DNA of 64,000 nt, from contig JBLDXI010000020.1 in NCBI GenBank assembly GCA_047495785.1, forward strand, positions 62,001 through 126,000, read 5' to 3'. Below, one piece after another: positions 37,646 to 50,852 of the stretch. Both the position numbers and the translations under genes were made by a program. Position 1 is the first letter of the stretch. Every line of letters starts with the position of its first letter. The notes beneath the pieces are model-generated. The model saw only the letters and a program-made list of their open reading frames with translations. It ran no database searches and was not told the origin of the DNA. The DNA is from Lepidodermella squamata (taxonomy: Eukaryota > Animalia > Gastrotricha).

Positions 37646-39993
37646 CCCAGACGAACGCCGTTCATATGTTTTTTTGGTTAATTCATATGAAATTCATATG
37701 GCTGTGATATTGATTCATGATTTATATTAAAAATGAGGGTAATCGTCATATTACTGTAATATGAACGGAAAAGCTGCCAATAATTTGTATGAAAATTGCA
37801 ATGCAAATTTATATGAAATTAATATGAATGCTATGGCCTGAAATTCAGTACGAATACAGCAAGAAATCGCAATATGAACACAATATGATTGATAGCACTG
37901 TGAAATTTTACTACTCAGGTGATATGCAATTCATACGACCGGCGTTCTCAGACTTGTGTATAATAACAGATTTCGGGTAATATGACTGAAATGTGAAATA
38001 TAGCCCCAACTTCCACACATTGTGACGCCGAAATTGCGTCTCATGAAAAATCTGAAAATTAAAACTCGTCGTTCTTACAGCAAAACCGGCTCATTTTTCG
38101 CCTACTGTCCTCATTTACCATACCATATTCGAATACAAAAGTTCAGCCTTTAAGACCTATTTCTGCAGGCTGCTCTATTGTTAGATTTTATCTTGCGACG
38201 CAATTTCGGCGTCACTATGCAGCTTTAACAAAAATGGCTAACTGGGCTAATATTGGCGTTCCCAACCCATATGAAAGCCGCTGGGCCTACGCCAGGTTTT
38301 TTAGCCCCACCGTAGGCCTGAATTTAAAAGCTATGTCTATCCTAAGGTCTAAATAAAAATATCTAGAATGTTGTCCCATATCGGCATTTTCTTGCTGGAG
38401 ATAGCTGAAGTTTCTATCCTGACACAATTGTACTCGCAGAAAAATTCACCTCATTTCTTCAACTAAATATTTTACTCATTTTCAAATAAGAATGTGCTCG
38501 CCTATTTATTCGCCGTCGTTGCATTAGCGCTGACCTATTATAGGTAGAACAGGCCACGGGCAATTTTTTGATCAGGTTTTTTAGCCAAATGCAGAGTATA
38601 TCAATTATTTTTCCACAATTCTTTGAGGGAAGTTTACTCTATTTGTTTTGGCCAGTGGTGCTCAAACTCAAACGATTGGCACGCATTCAAAGGTTCGAGG
38701 GCCACTATGGGTTTGGCGAGCCTTGATAACTGAACACGTCTGGTGAGATTTGAAATGCGCAACGGCCTGCACTTTTGGGTCGCATTTTTGCGTCGGCGGT
38801 TCGCATTATTAGGGGTAATAAAATAGGGCACGCGCGCACACTAGCAAGCCACATCGTTAATTATTACTTGTCGTCGCCATTCAAAACATCAGGTTCGCTA
38901 GCTAGAAAGCAGAAGCCGTGAATTTTTCTTAACACTCACCATAGATTTCTTCAATATCGTGAGTGATTGAAGATTTGCTACATTTGCTATGTCTAGTTGC
39001 GAAATTCTATTTTTAATTTTTTTGTTAGCTTAAACGGCCGAATGGAGGATGTACCTGGCGAAGCGCAACAATGATTCGAGGTAATTATGCCGATGCTCAA
39101 GTTATCAAAACTAATTGTAATTCAGCTAGAAACTCGGCAAATTGTCCATGGCTCATCTGCGGTCACTAGGACACAACTATACCTCAGAATGAGTGCTCCG
39201 ATTTGGAAGGTAAATGCAAAACTTATTGTTTATGAACAGTATTTCAGCCTGCTTTTAATAGGACTGGCCAGGCTTGGAGCTTGGAGAGAACAGGAAGAAA
39301 TGCGACGGTGTGATCGAGGCCGTACGTCGACTAACCTGCCGCCTTAAGAAAGACCCTGGGTGCAATGCAATGGATTGCCTGTTCAACCCGGCGAGGACCC
39401 ATCCCAACAAAACGAAGAACGAAGAGCGCTTATCGCCAGTGCCCGTCGGCGAAAACGTTACGCTTGTGACTGCTGAAGGCGGGTTCTTACAAGGCAGCAG
39501 GCCGCAGTACGACGGCGAGAGTGACGGCAGCGTCGATGGCGATGACGGGGCAAGGAAAATAGCTCCGGCGATGACGTCGTGGAAGAAGACGAAGACGGCA
39601 GCGACTCGGAAATTTTTTACTCGGAACTTTTCATCATTTGTTCTTGCTTGCTCATTCTCGGTGAATTCTCTGTCGGCGACTCTGTCACTCGATATATATG
39701 TACTTGAATGCAGATAATAAATTGGTGATATTACTGAAATACGACTTGTTACAAACCGGTGATAATATGAAATTCATATGGTAAAATGTCCTGAATTTCA
39801 TATGAACGATCATGCGAAATTTAGCACAGTAGTGATATGAATGTCATATGAATATCGCGAAAAAATTCATATGACAATTCATATTACATTCAGGACATTT
39901 TACCATATGAATGTCATATGAATTTTAAGGCATCATTAATATGAATTTTAGCGTATTTTAATATGACAGTAATATGACCGGCGTTCGTCTGGG
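37646..39993. mobile_element. CMC/EnSpm(CACTA)-like non-autonomous DNA transposon
   Basis: CA|CCCAGACGAACGCCG ... CGGCGTTCGTCTGGG|CA (2-bp TSD); subterminal CATATGA/ATATGA repeat arrays at both ends; nested small palindrome at ~38022-38216. Confidence 0.8.
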
Positions 39994-40209
39994 CATCACG
40001 AAGACTGTTAATAGAAAAATTGGGGAATGCGACTGCACAGAGCAAAAAACCGATCCAATTATTGTTCAGCTGATGATCATATACGTGATCGATCCCAAAT
40101 GCGAACGAAGTAAAAGAAATTCTCGTTGAAGTAAAAATAATGCAATTTTTTAGTCGTAGGATTTGATGGAAAAGCGATATCATAATTATGACTCAAAAAT
40201 GAAAAACCA

Positions 40210-40265
40210 GTCGCCTAATCCGACATGTTTCAGCTTTTATTCAGCCATCTTCAGGGTCTGACAAC
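40210..40265 (-). ncRNA. Minimal type I hammerhead ribozyme in the PLE 3' pLTR
   Basis: GUUGUC..CC-CUGAAGA-U-GGCU(gaauaaa)AGCU-GAAA-CAUG-UC-GG..GGCGAC; palindromic stem III ACAUGU, GUC cleavage triplet. Confidence 0.85.
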
Positions 40266-41510
40266 AAGTAAGGAAATCAACAATCAAGTTTCGAGACTAA
40301 TATTAAAACAAGTTTACCAATTTTGTCACCAATCGTTTTTCGTGTAATTATCAAAAATTAATCAAAAGAATCAAAGACAGAAATCATGATCTATTAAAAT
40401 AAATTGTATGAGTAATTATTTGTTACAGTAGTTATTAAGGCTAGGGTTAAGAGCTTGGATAAATAGTTTTTCAGTACGAAGTAAACGATAAGGTAATTTA
40501 CAATGATGTAGGATCTGAGTAGTGAACGGCGGATCAGTTTTAGTACAGGTTTTGAAGTGTTCCCCAATGGTGCCATCTTTAGTTTTATTAGAAGCATAAC
40601 AGTGTTGTGTAGTACGGTATGCGACAGGTTGGCTCGTGCAGCCAATGTAGATTTCTTGGCAGGTATTACATGTTTGTTGATAGATGGTGTGTTGTATAGG
40701 ACACAATGAGGTAGATTTCTTGGATAGGCCACATAAGCAACCCCAGCATTTGTAATTAGTATGTAAGTAATCACCAAAGCGTGTAGTAAAAACTAGTTTG
40801 AGAGGTGTGGATTTCCAGCATAGCTGGATATCTCTTTGAAAGAACGACGTTAGTTTTTTAACTGGTTCTCTAAGTGCATTCACAATGTCTTCGCCAAGAT
40901 ACGGTAATGATAGTCGAGCAATGTTAGTTTTTTTGGTTTTTACCTGTTTTGGAGATATCACGAGGCGAATCATTTGTTCAATGAGATCAGCTTCATAGCC
41001 ACTATTTTTGGCAATGGTTCTAAATTCGTTAGTAGCCTTTAGCCATAGAGACTGATGAGAGTATGAAATCATACGTTTAGCGGTATTATACAGAGCATTC
41101 TTTTTTACAGTATTAGTGTGGAAAGAGCTAGCCAATAAAATATGATTAGGTGCCATAGATTTACGATAGAATTTGTACAGTAGGAAGCCATTCTCAATAT
41201 ATACAGTAGTGTCCAAGAAGTTGATCATTTTTGGACCAATTTCCAACGCGTATTTCACATCATTGTCCACCTTGTTAACCGTGTTATTATAAAAGGATTC
41301 AAGAGAGCGCTGGTTGCCTTTCCATAAGCAAAATACGTCATCCACAAATCTTACAAATAATTACTCATACAATTTATTTTAATAGATCATGATTTCTGTC
41401 TTTGATTCTTTTGATTAATTTTTGATAATTACACGAAAAACGATTGGTGACAAAATTGGTAAACTTGTTTTAATATTAGTCTCGAAACTTGATTGTTGAT
41501 TTCCTTACTT

Positions 41511-41566
41511 GTTGTCAGACCCTGAAGATGGCTGAATAAAAGCTGAAACATGTCGGATTAGGCGAC
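41511..41566 (+). ncRNA. Second hammerhead ribozyme copy, in the inverted pLTR
   Basis: gttgtcagaccctgaagatggctgaataaaagctgaaacatgtcggattaggcgac. Confidence 0.85.
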
Positions 41567-41618
41567 TGGTTTTTCGTTTTTTCATTTTTGAGTCATAAAA
41601 ATAATGCATTTTTATCTA

Positions 41619-42065
41619 CCGTATTTTACGAATTATTAGGCAGGACCCAATTATAGGGCAGAACCGGAATAAAGGGCAGAGGGTAATGGTCATTTGAAAT
41701 AATAAAGGGCAGAACCTTAATAATAGGCAGGGCCTTGTATGAAGTGGCTTACATGGGCGCATGCTGGGTATAAGTGGTTAAAGTTGGATAGGTTGCGATT
41801 TCTCGTCAGTAAGTGCACTAATCGTCCTTTATCCACCCAAATCCATTTGAGCACACACTTGTAGTGTAGTCACAGGTGGAAGGCAGTAGCTATAGTGGTT
41901 ATTCGGCGGTTTTAACTGCTGATCTAGGTACTGTTCAGGTGACTGATTAGGTTCGAAAAAGTCATAGGGCAGAGCCGAATTAAAGGGCAGACCCTAATAC
42001 AGGGCAGGACTTGAACCTCGTTTGAAAAAAATACAGGGCAGGGTCTTATAATTCGTAAAATACGG
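41619..42065. mobile_element. pogo/Tigger-type MITE, TA TSD
   Basis: TA|CCGTATTTTACGAATTAT ... ATAATTCGTAAAATACGG|TA with internal AGGGCAG repeats. Confidence 0.85.
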
Positions 42066-42869
42066 TAGTTCAAAAGTTGTACCGTCTACCATTTCAACTT
42101 TGAGCGCATGCCACGCGAAAACTACTCTATAGATGGACGTGCCTTTTTGGCGACTTCTTCAGAAAGGTATAAACTTGAATTCGCCAAGTCAGACCTCGCG
42201 GATATCGGAATGCTCAAAGGAAGTAACATCTAAATCCTAAATCGTTTGTCTTCATTCACAGTCAGGCCCGGATAGAGCAACTACGCTCCTGTTACAGGTT
42301 TTTTTGGTTGTATAGGCGTTCAACAGAAGGGCTGTGCAGCCTTTACAGCCCTCTTGGATGCTCGTCGGAATAGTCACTACGCCGACTACGCTCACTACGC
42401 ATCATACCAGCCAAAAACCAAAAATCACAAGCTGAAAAGAGCATCCAAAATCCCAATCCAAAATTTTGAATTTTGAATTGTGTTTTGTTTTCATCTATAT
42501 TTTTACTACATTGTATCAAAAATTATGCAATCAAAAAATTGGGATATATTAAAAAAATTATTTTCAGAAATTTTCTTTTTTTAGCGCCAAAACCCGCCGA
42601 TGTCAATCTACCCCCCTTGGGCTTTTTGTGATGATTGAAAGCTTTTGGAACCTTGTCCCGGCAAGTGGCACCCTAAGCCGGTGGAATTTAGTTACCGACG
42701 CAGTGACAACAGCAGCAACGACAACAATCGGGGCGGTAATTGACGGCCCACTGCGATGAAAATCGCTCGCTATTGGAAGTGCGATCAATGATTAACGATC
42801 AGCCCAATCAAACTTACATCTACTTATTCCCTATGAAGTTCTGAGGAGTCGATCAGTGACTGCGGAGTA

Positions 42870-43260
42870 CGTGGCCGAAGTATTACCATCTCATCTTCGT
42901 CACAATCACAGAGATCGGTTCCGTGTCTGTGATACGATACAGCTCTTCGTTCGAAAGGGTATCAGGATACCGGTTGTTGAGCAGATTTCTTAGCTGTCTT
43001 CTGTGGTGAGCATCTAGTTTATCTCGAACTGCTCATGTAAGACCGCATGCAATTGTAGAGCAGAATGGGGAGCATATAGGCATTGTATAGCCTAACTTTT
43101 CGCTTGGTCGATATTCTGCCTGATCCGAGCCAGAGCTTCTTCGTCTTGCAAAAAGCTGCTGCTGATAGCTGCATTCTGGATTCAACGTTTCTTTGTCGCC
43201 GGGCAAACTGCCAAGCTTTTTTCAAGCCTCCAGCAGCTTTCATCTTCACTGTCTCTTTTA
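42870..43260 (-). mobile_element. RTE-clade-like LINE fragment
   Basis: ESRMQLSAAAF..KKLW...ISTKRKVRLYNAYMLPILLYNC...LDAHHRRQLRNLLNNRYPDTLSNEELY, with frameshifts. Confidence 0.7.
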
Positions 43261-44057
43261 ACGGTGATGATGCTAGTCTTCGACATGTTGACGTGAAGAT
43301 TGAATTCAGCTAGGTTCTCTTTTGCAGCTACATCCACAGATTTCGCTTCTTCCACAAGGTTTCGGATGAAATATTATGATCGGCATGGATTAATTCAATT
43401 GGCTTCGTTTAATTCACGATGATCTTAGAACGCAGGGAACGGAGACTCGATTTCAAGTAAACGATGAAGAGGATCGGTGATAACGAGTCCCTTGGGGGCT
43501 ACCAAGAAAGGTACGAATGCTTTCCGATGTATTTCCAAAGGCGATGTCGAGGCTGGTATCTTGGAGAAGTATGTGGATCAACACAAGATTCGAATGTGAC
43601 ACAGTTAAATTATTATGCTATCGATAAATTCTGTATTGCGTTTCATAACGATCTTACACGACGTATAAAAGAGTATTTCGGAACATGAATGTTAGAAGGT
43701 ATAATTTGCATTTACAATTTATCATTTGTTGGTCATTCTACTCTATGAAACGCTACACATGGAGTTTTATCAAAGCATAGTGCTGTTTGATCGCATTACC
43801 GATAACAGAGCAGGTGGTTACCGCGATGCGTTTTTTGCCAAAACAAGATGTCGAGAATCTCGGATGTTGCCAGATAGGTTCGATGGCGATTTCTTGGTAC
43901 GCGCCTCGTATATTAGCAGAAAAGCGATTACAGAGCTGTAAATCTTTAAACCTTTCATGATCTCGATTGCGACACCTTTGGATCGAATATATCCCGAAAA
44001 AGGGCACTTCAAATTCTTACATTAAAAATATTTTTTCATAGTTGATTATCGAAAGCA

Positions 44058-47000
44058 ATGAGTAATCCCTGGGAGAAACCATTTGTTATCTCGGAAATTC
44101 ATCAAAATGCCACGAATTGGTCTCTGGCAAGCGATTCCCGGGTGAGCCTCTTTCTGTTCGAATCATATTTTACGTTTCATTTTCCGTGGCAGCTTTTGCT
44201 CCTTATGGATGAATTCTCGAAAGGAATATACGGCTCTGTACAAGATGCTGGAGGTAAGTTAAGGAGTCTTGCCGAAAGTGCAGAAGTAAGTTGACAGTTG
44301 TGTCAATTACAACCGGATTATCACTCTAATTTATCAAGATGGTCAACGCCAAACTCGCGAATGTTTGCAATAGCTTTTCTGCCCTCGCCGGAAGCCAGTT
44401 CATAGAAAATGTTAGTATAAAAGCTGCAATAAATTTTCGCCGTATAAGTAACTGATGCTTTCAGCGGGTTGATGACAACTCGCTTATGAAAAAGGAACCA
44501 ACGGCTCCGGCGTCGAACACCGACACAAAGGCTAAAGATGAAACTGCTGTGATCGAGAGGTGCAGTGAAGCCTTACGAATAGGCTTGGCTACCCTGGATA
44601 ATCAATTTCAGCGCGTTGATATCGCGCCATTATCTCCGGGTGCAGGGGCTGGTACTGAAATTCCTAAATCCAGCATCTTCGTACCAATTGTAAGTTGTCG
44701 TCCTTTCTACGATGATTGATTAGTAATAACTTACTACCACTCAGAATCCCTACGCCAGTAGGCCATTGCCTGCATTGATTGGTAAGCTTGATCCTAAATG
44801 GGGTGATGCTGATAAGGTATGCTTAAAATCTTAAGGTTCTCTACCTTTTTTCGCGGACGATTACTGTGGACTCTCAACCGGCCAAGGCGACGCAGCGCCG
44901 GCGGGTATATATTGCTGGCATATCATTAGAATTATCCAATTTCGGGAATCCTAATTTTTAGCCATATCCGAGTCGCAGGCAGGACAGTTTGAAAGCGAGA
45001 ACAGAAGCTATGTGTCATCTGCTTCTCCGCCACCTCCGCCTCCCCCACCACCTCCACCCGTACCGGGTAGCGGTGGTGCTATCCCTCCACCACCGCCATT
45101 GCCCGGACAGAGTAAACCAGTTTCACCTCAGTCAGCTGAGCGGGCGTCAATTCAATCTGATGAGGTTTCATCGACTAATGATTTCAAAAATATGAACTAA
45201 TTGATCTTTTTGTTATAGTCTTCAGGCTCGGACGGATTCACAGCTCCACCAGCACCAGCTGAAGGTGCCAGTTCGCGACCAGTATCCGCGTTGGGCGGCC
45301 TTCATAGCGAACTGTTGGGTAAATTCAATCGCCCGACGAGGCCGGCCGATGAAGATGACGAAGACGATGGTGACTTATTTAGCAGCAAAGCACCAGCCTC
45401 AATGGAACAGAAACGAAACCAGCCAGTGCTCTCAGATGCCCCACATGAGGACTCCGTCAAGAAACCGCCAGCCAAAACTGCGCCACAGCCGAGCTTGGTC
45501 GCACCAGTGATTCGGCCTATCCAGACGAATTCCTTATTCGACGAAGATGACGAGGACGACTTGTTTTCATCGAAGCCAAAAGCGACACCTGCACTTCCCG
45601 CTCAAAGAAAACCAGCCGAGACGCCATCAGCCGCGCCTAGTTTGTTTGCAGGTGACGATGATGAAACGATAGCCGAGGTTCAGAGTACTAAGGATGACCA
45701 TGGAAACGATGACGATGCAGTCTCGACGGCAGGTGAGACCTTAAATCATCATTATACGTTGTTTTGTATAATTATTACTTACCTGTGGGAGAATGAATTG
45801 TGCGTGCCGCGGAATATTTCGGGATATTTTGAGTCGAAAGGTCGTAGTATTAATGCCTGAAAATAGAGGTATTGGTAAATTGGAGTCACTAGCTGATTTA
45901 CCACATGAGCTGGGTTAAAATATATGGTTGCCTAGGTTATTTTCCTGGCCGAGTTAGTTCGATTACGTAATTGCATGAAACGATGCGATGTCGCTTGGAG
46001 GAAAATATTTCGTAACGATGATACTGCCATCAAAATCTATTGTATTCGATACTCCTTATGACTCAATAACCGTCGGAGTTTATTATGTTTTGTGTTTAAT
46101 TTAATTTATTTTTAATTTAAAGAGCCATAACGCCCAGAAGAGGACAGCTCAGACAAGTGATCAATAGAAAAGTAAAGACAACAACAAAATTGAAAATCGA
46201 AATAGCATAAATAGTAGACTGATCGGGATCACTATCGAAATCAATGCAATGATCAACATAACATGAAAAATATGAAAATATATGAATATTCAACAATCAG
46301 AGCAGAGCGGCATTAATGTTGTAGTAGTGTAGATAAGCCGCTTGGCGACACGCCTTCGCTGACTCCGCTTCGTGAACGCTCGAAGGCATTTGATTCCACA
46401 AGTGCGGGCCACGGTACGACATGCTTAGTTGGCCTCGCTCGGATGTGTAGGTCGGTTTTAACATGGGTTCGAAATTACGGCAGCTGTAGCCGTGGCTGCG
46501 ATCGTTCAGCTTAAACATCAACGTGAATTCATCCGGCGCCATCTTGTTCAGGCTCTTCCACATGAATGTACATAGGTGCATCGCATGTTTCTGTTCTTTG
46601 TTAATCAAAAGCTTTTTCTACGCTGAAAACAGTAAGGTATCGCTCAAGCTCGAGTGTCCGAAATTACCCGAAATGAGACCACTGAATGTCGAGACTTTAA
46701 TAACTGAAGTCAATTTAAATAAATCTTTCATGAACGCGGTTTTTTAAATAATTCAAGCTCTGAATGTTTTACAATTTTACGGGGCCTTATAAATGACTAG
46801 GTACTTAATGATTATTGGTGTATAAAATTGATTTCTTAAAAATTTCTAATAATTATGTTTTTCGAAACCAGGGACAGATGTTGCATCGGTTAAGCCTAGT
46901 CGGAGCGAATCCATTGTTAGTCAAAGAAAGCTGCCAACAGGGGCTGTTTCGCTATTCGGAGCCAGCGCAAAAGCCGATCCACTTGCCGAGGCATTGCGAT

Positions 47001-48904
47001 CACGTTTCAACACGGTTGGCAGCGTCACCTCCGAACGCTCGGTCGCTTCGGCACTACCGCCAGCGCTTTCTTCGGTTAAAGAAAATCAAACGAACGCAAC
47101 CTCGCAAGCTAAACCGGCCACGCCCACTGCGTCAGTGCAACAACCCACCAAACCTACCAATAGCGTACCAACCATTCGCCCTGCTGTTGCTGCTTCGTTA
47201 TTTGATGCCGAGGACGAAGATGCCGACTTCTTCACAGCCAAACCTTCTGCTCCTGCTGCAGTGGAGCCCAAGCCGACGCAGCCTGTAGCAGCTATCAGTA
47301 ATGTAACAAAAGTTCCGGCCGCTTCACTGTTCGACGCAGGTGACGACGATGAAGATGACGCTGACTTGTTTGGACCACCTATTGTAAAGAAGCCTCAGGC
47401 AGCTGCCGCGGTCCCAGCCGCAGCCCCAACACCGCCAAGCTCCATTTCTACCTCAGCTCCTGCAGCAGTCAAGCCTGCGCCGATTCCAGCAGCTAGTCTC
47501 TTTGATGATGATGAAGAAGACGATGATTTGTTTGGTAGCTCTAAATTGGTGAAAGAGGTGCCGAAACCTCCAACGTCAAACGCTGAATCAGTCAAGGTCG
47601 AAGCACAGAAGCCTGAGGCTCCGTCTATTAGCGCTGTTCCTAAAAAGACTACGTAAGAAATTGTTAACCTTTTTATTAATTAGCGTTTTAATTGACATGA
47701 CACACTCTCAGCAATGCTTTATTTGGCGGCGCTAGCGATAGCGATGAAGACGATCTATTTGCGCCAAAATCTGTCAACGTAAAGTCACTTCCTGTTGAAG
47801 TGAAACCGTCAGAGCCAGTGGTGGCTCCACCGAAGCCAGAGCCAGTGGCTCCCCCTAAGCCGGTATCAAACGATGCTCCGCTGAAGCCCGTATCAAACGA
47901 TGCTCCGCTGAAGCCCGTATCAAACGATGCTCCGCTGAAGCCTGTATCAAACGATGATGACAGGTAAATATTAGTACGGCTGATTAGACGTGGTTGTTTA
48001 TGCCTTTTCTATTTCCCGTTAGTCCTTCGAAAACTCAGGCCAAGGTTGGTGACAAGTTCAAAGGTGTGGGCATAAATCCCCTAGCTTTGCTCCCCGGCGC
48101 CCGTCCAACTATGCCAAGGGCTCGTGTTGAAGAGGCACCTGCGGAAGCCCCTTCGACGGAGAAGGAAGAACCAGTGGCAAAATCTGCAATCGCTACTCAA
48201 CAGCCTGCGTCGGTGGCGCCGAATAAACGGGTTGCTGCGGATAAGGAAGCAGAAGAAGGGGCCATGCTCGATTTCGATGGCGCGCCAAAACCATCGACCC
48301 TTGCTACAGGGACGTCGCGGAATATCGGACCCCGCCGAAACAAGCCTAGTCGATGGAACGCACCTGCACCTGAAACCGTCGAATCAACTCAGTCAGTGAA
48401 AGAAGCTTCTTCGGAACAGGAAATCAGTGAGGGCCGTTGTACTCGAAATTTCATTTATCTTAATTTTCGGGTTTTACAGCCGATCCATTGATGTCGGTGG
48501 TTAGCGGCCAATCTCTTCAATCTGAGGAAATTCTACCGCCAACATCCGTGTCTGCTTCTTCCATAAAACCAACCGTTCTGACTAATGCATCTTCCCTTTT
48601 TGACGCTGATGACGATGACGACTCCGAAAGTTTCTTCAAGACCAAGCCTGCGTCTTCGAAACCAACATCTTTGAAGCCAGCAGCTGCCGAGCCCGTTACC
48701 GTTGCAGATTCTCTACCGAGTTCCTCGAAGCCCACCCTTTTCGATGATGAAGATGAGGGTGATATTTTTGGAAGTGGACCGCAGCCTGCGAAACAAGTAC
48801 CACCAGTCCAAGCAACTCGGCCTGTTGTTACGGTACCGGCCGCAGTTCCGCCGGTAACGAAATCATCGGGAACCGTAGATGTTGATGACATTTTTGCGGA
48901 TTAG
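44058..48904 (+). CDS. WASHC2: WASH complex subunit 2 / FAM21 (multi-exon)
   Basis: N-terminus PWEKPF..SEIHQNATNWSLASD..LL; PYASRPLPALIG; many LFa retromer-binding repeats (SLFDEDDEDDLF, SLFDDDEEDDDLF); INPLALLPG; degenerate capping-protein-interaction motif; ends DDIFAD*. Confidence 0.92.
46100..46620 (-). mobile_element. 5'-truncated CR1/L2-like LINE in a WASHC2 intron
   Basis: ORF 46608-46297 ends SYRGPHLWNQMPSSVHEAES, a typical LINE ORF2 C-terminus; 3' UTR shared with 27185-27352. Confidence 0.8.
47857..47957 (+). repeat. 27-bp coding tandem repeat (KPVSNDAPL x ~3.7) in WASHC2
   Basis: aagcccgtatcaaacgatgctccgctg repeated. Confidence 0.9.
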
Positions 48905-49252
48905 ACTTAATCTGCAACAAGCATGTAATGGTTCGTAAAATAATGATTCCTTCATATCGATTTTTATCTGTTGCAATGATTATATGTACCAATTTAACTA
49001 TTTGACGACGCTGCAATCATAAATCAGTGATACAAATAATTTAATAAATAATATCAAATAAACGCAAATGATTTCTCTGCTATGCTTCTCTTTATTCCAA
49101 GGATCACGAAACAATATATTATTATGAACAATTAAATAACTAAAGCTATCTTCGAAGAAGGGTTGCAACTCTGTACTAAATTATAATATCACCGTTAACA
49201 TCTATGAGACAAGTTAGTGGACAAGTTAAGAGTCACTATCGATGATGCTCAA

Positions 49253-49925
49253 TTACTTGATGCTTTCCAATTCCACCAACACTCCACCACAATCTGTAAT
49301 TTTAACATTATTAAGAATCCTGAACGAATAGATTCCAACAGACCTTTAGGGTGGACAAATACAACTGGTTTGCCATGAGCACCAATCTTTGTCTTCTCCG
49401 ACAGTAAACGAATTCCTTTGCTTTTCAGAGTTTGCATTGCGGCTTCAATATTTTCGACCTCAATGCAGATATGATGGATACCCCCATCCGCGTTCTTCTT
49501 CAAAAAGTTATCGATGGGACTTTTTGGCCCAAGGGGATGAAGCAGTTCAATTTTCGTGTCTCCTAATTGGACAAAGACAGTATAAACACCGTGCTCAGGT
49601 TGAGGCATCGGCTTCGAAACTTTAGCAGCAAGACCCAGAGTTTTGGCATAAAAATCAATGGCTTTTTGTAAATCTGCAAGCGTAAAATTAAAGAAGGCAT
49701 TGGTAGACGAACGAATAAATGTTAAAGGACTAACCTGGAACGGCAATGGCGACATGATTCAATTTTCCCAACGACCAAACAGCGCCTTGTTTTGCAGATG
49801 AATCGGCGAAAGTGCGCACCTGAGAGGAAGGACGTGGGTTTTTATATCACCGAATGTTAGGCATATCTCACCGTCATCGTGGCTGAGCGACGAAGCGTGT
49901 TTGCTACTCTCGCGAATAAACTCAT
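49253..49925 (-). CDS. MCEE: Methylmalonyl-CoA epimerase, mitochondrial (4 exons)
   Basis: Transit-like MSLFARVANTLRRSAT; WSLGKLNHVAIAVP|DL; EHGVYTVFV; KIELLHPLG; GGIHHICIEV; KIGAHGKPVVFVHPK|DCGGVLVELE. Confidence 0.96.
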
Positions 49926-50782
49926 CTTGATCGAGTAACTTTTACAACCAACAAAAGTGAAGCCTCTAGATTTAGCAAACAGTGGAAATTATATCGCTCA
50001 TTTGTCCTTATCAGGGCGCATTTCTAATAACGCATAGCAACAAGGCGCAATCAGTATAAAATAACTCCGATCATTCCCGGTAGTTTTTATACAAGCTGTC
50101 GAGCGGCATCGCTCTCAAGGGGTCTTTGACCAGCCGTTTGTGAGATTTGCTATGCATTTTGTTATGCCAAAGTGACTCCAACTGTCTGATGATTCAAAAT
50201 ACCACTACATCTATAAAGAGTTATAATGATACTATTGATATCTAAAGTATAAACAGTTGTAAAAAATGAGATGCGGCAAGCGGAAAATTGGGTGTTGTGC
50301 AATAATGATTTTGCATCAGCCGCTGACTTTTTAAACGCCTGTGAAGATACCCAACACGAAAAACAACTTGTCAAGATCTTGTTAAGAAGAGTCGTTAAGA
50401 TCTTAGCGGAACCGATAGAACCGAAATCGCTTGCCACGTCTAAACTCATTCAATCTATCACGTATCACGTAAGAAAGGAGAGGAACTCAGTGTAGAATAC
50501 TTATTCGACGCCAATATGATAGTTGAAATACCATTTTGAATACTATTAACACACCGGACACTTTATACAGCTTATCACAGTTATAAAAATGAAATGTAGC
50601 TCGTCATATTTCAAAATTTTCTTGCGATAGCGATGAGAAATCTTTGTTCGCGGTTGCAATTCGTAACTCGGAAGAAAATCGTAAGTCGTAAGTTCAGAAG
50701 TGGCGATATGGAATTGATAAAATTGATAGCGTTTGCTCCCTAAAAGAGAATCCATGGCGTCTGAGATCACTCTGTTCCCCAT

Positions 50783-50852
50783 GGATAGTGGATTCGACTA
50801 CACTGATCTGCGACAGACGGATAGTGGATTCGACTACACTGATCTGCGACAG
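50783..50852. repeat. 36-bp tandem duplication
   Basis: ggatagtggattcgactacactgatctgcgacag occurs at 50783 and 50819. Confidence 0.9.

Larger units (their letters stand above)
40186..41598 (-). mobile_element. 5'-truncated Penelope-like retroelement with inverted pseudo-LTRs
   Basis: ORF 41345-40416 starts at RT motif FVDD and includes INFLDTTV and a GIY-YIG endonuclease (TIYQQTCNTCQEIYIGCTS...R..QH...EKLFIQALNPSLN). Arms 40186-40423 and 41353-41598 are reverse complements. Confidence 0.93.

Noticed and set aside
43360-44010. Small gene upstream of WASHC2
   Set aside because: No consistent frame, splice model or recognisable motif.
50783-50852. CRISPR-like 36-bp repeat
   Set aside because: Two directly adjacent copies, no spacers, no cas genes, eukaryotic context.
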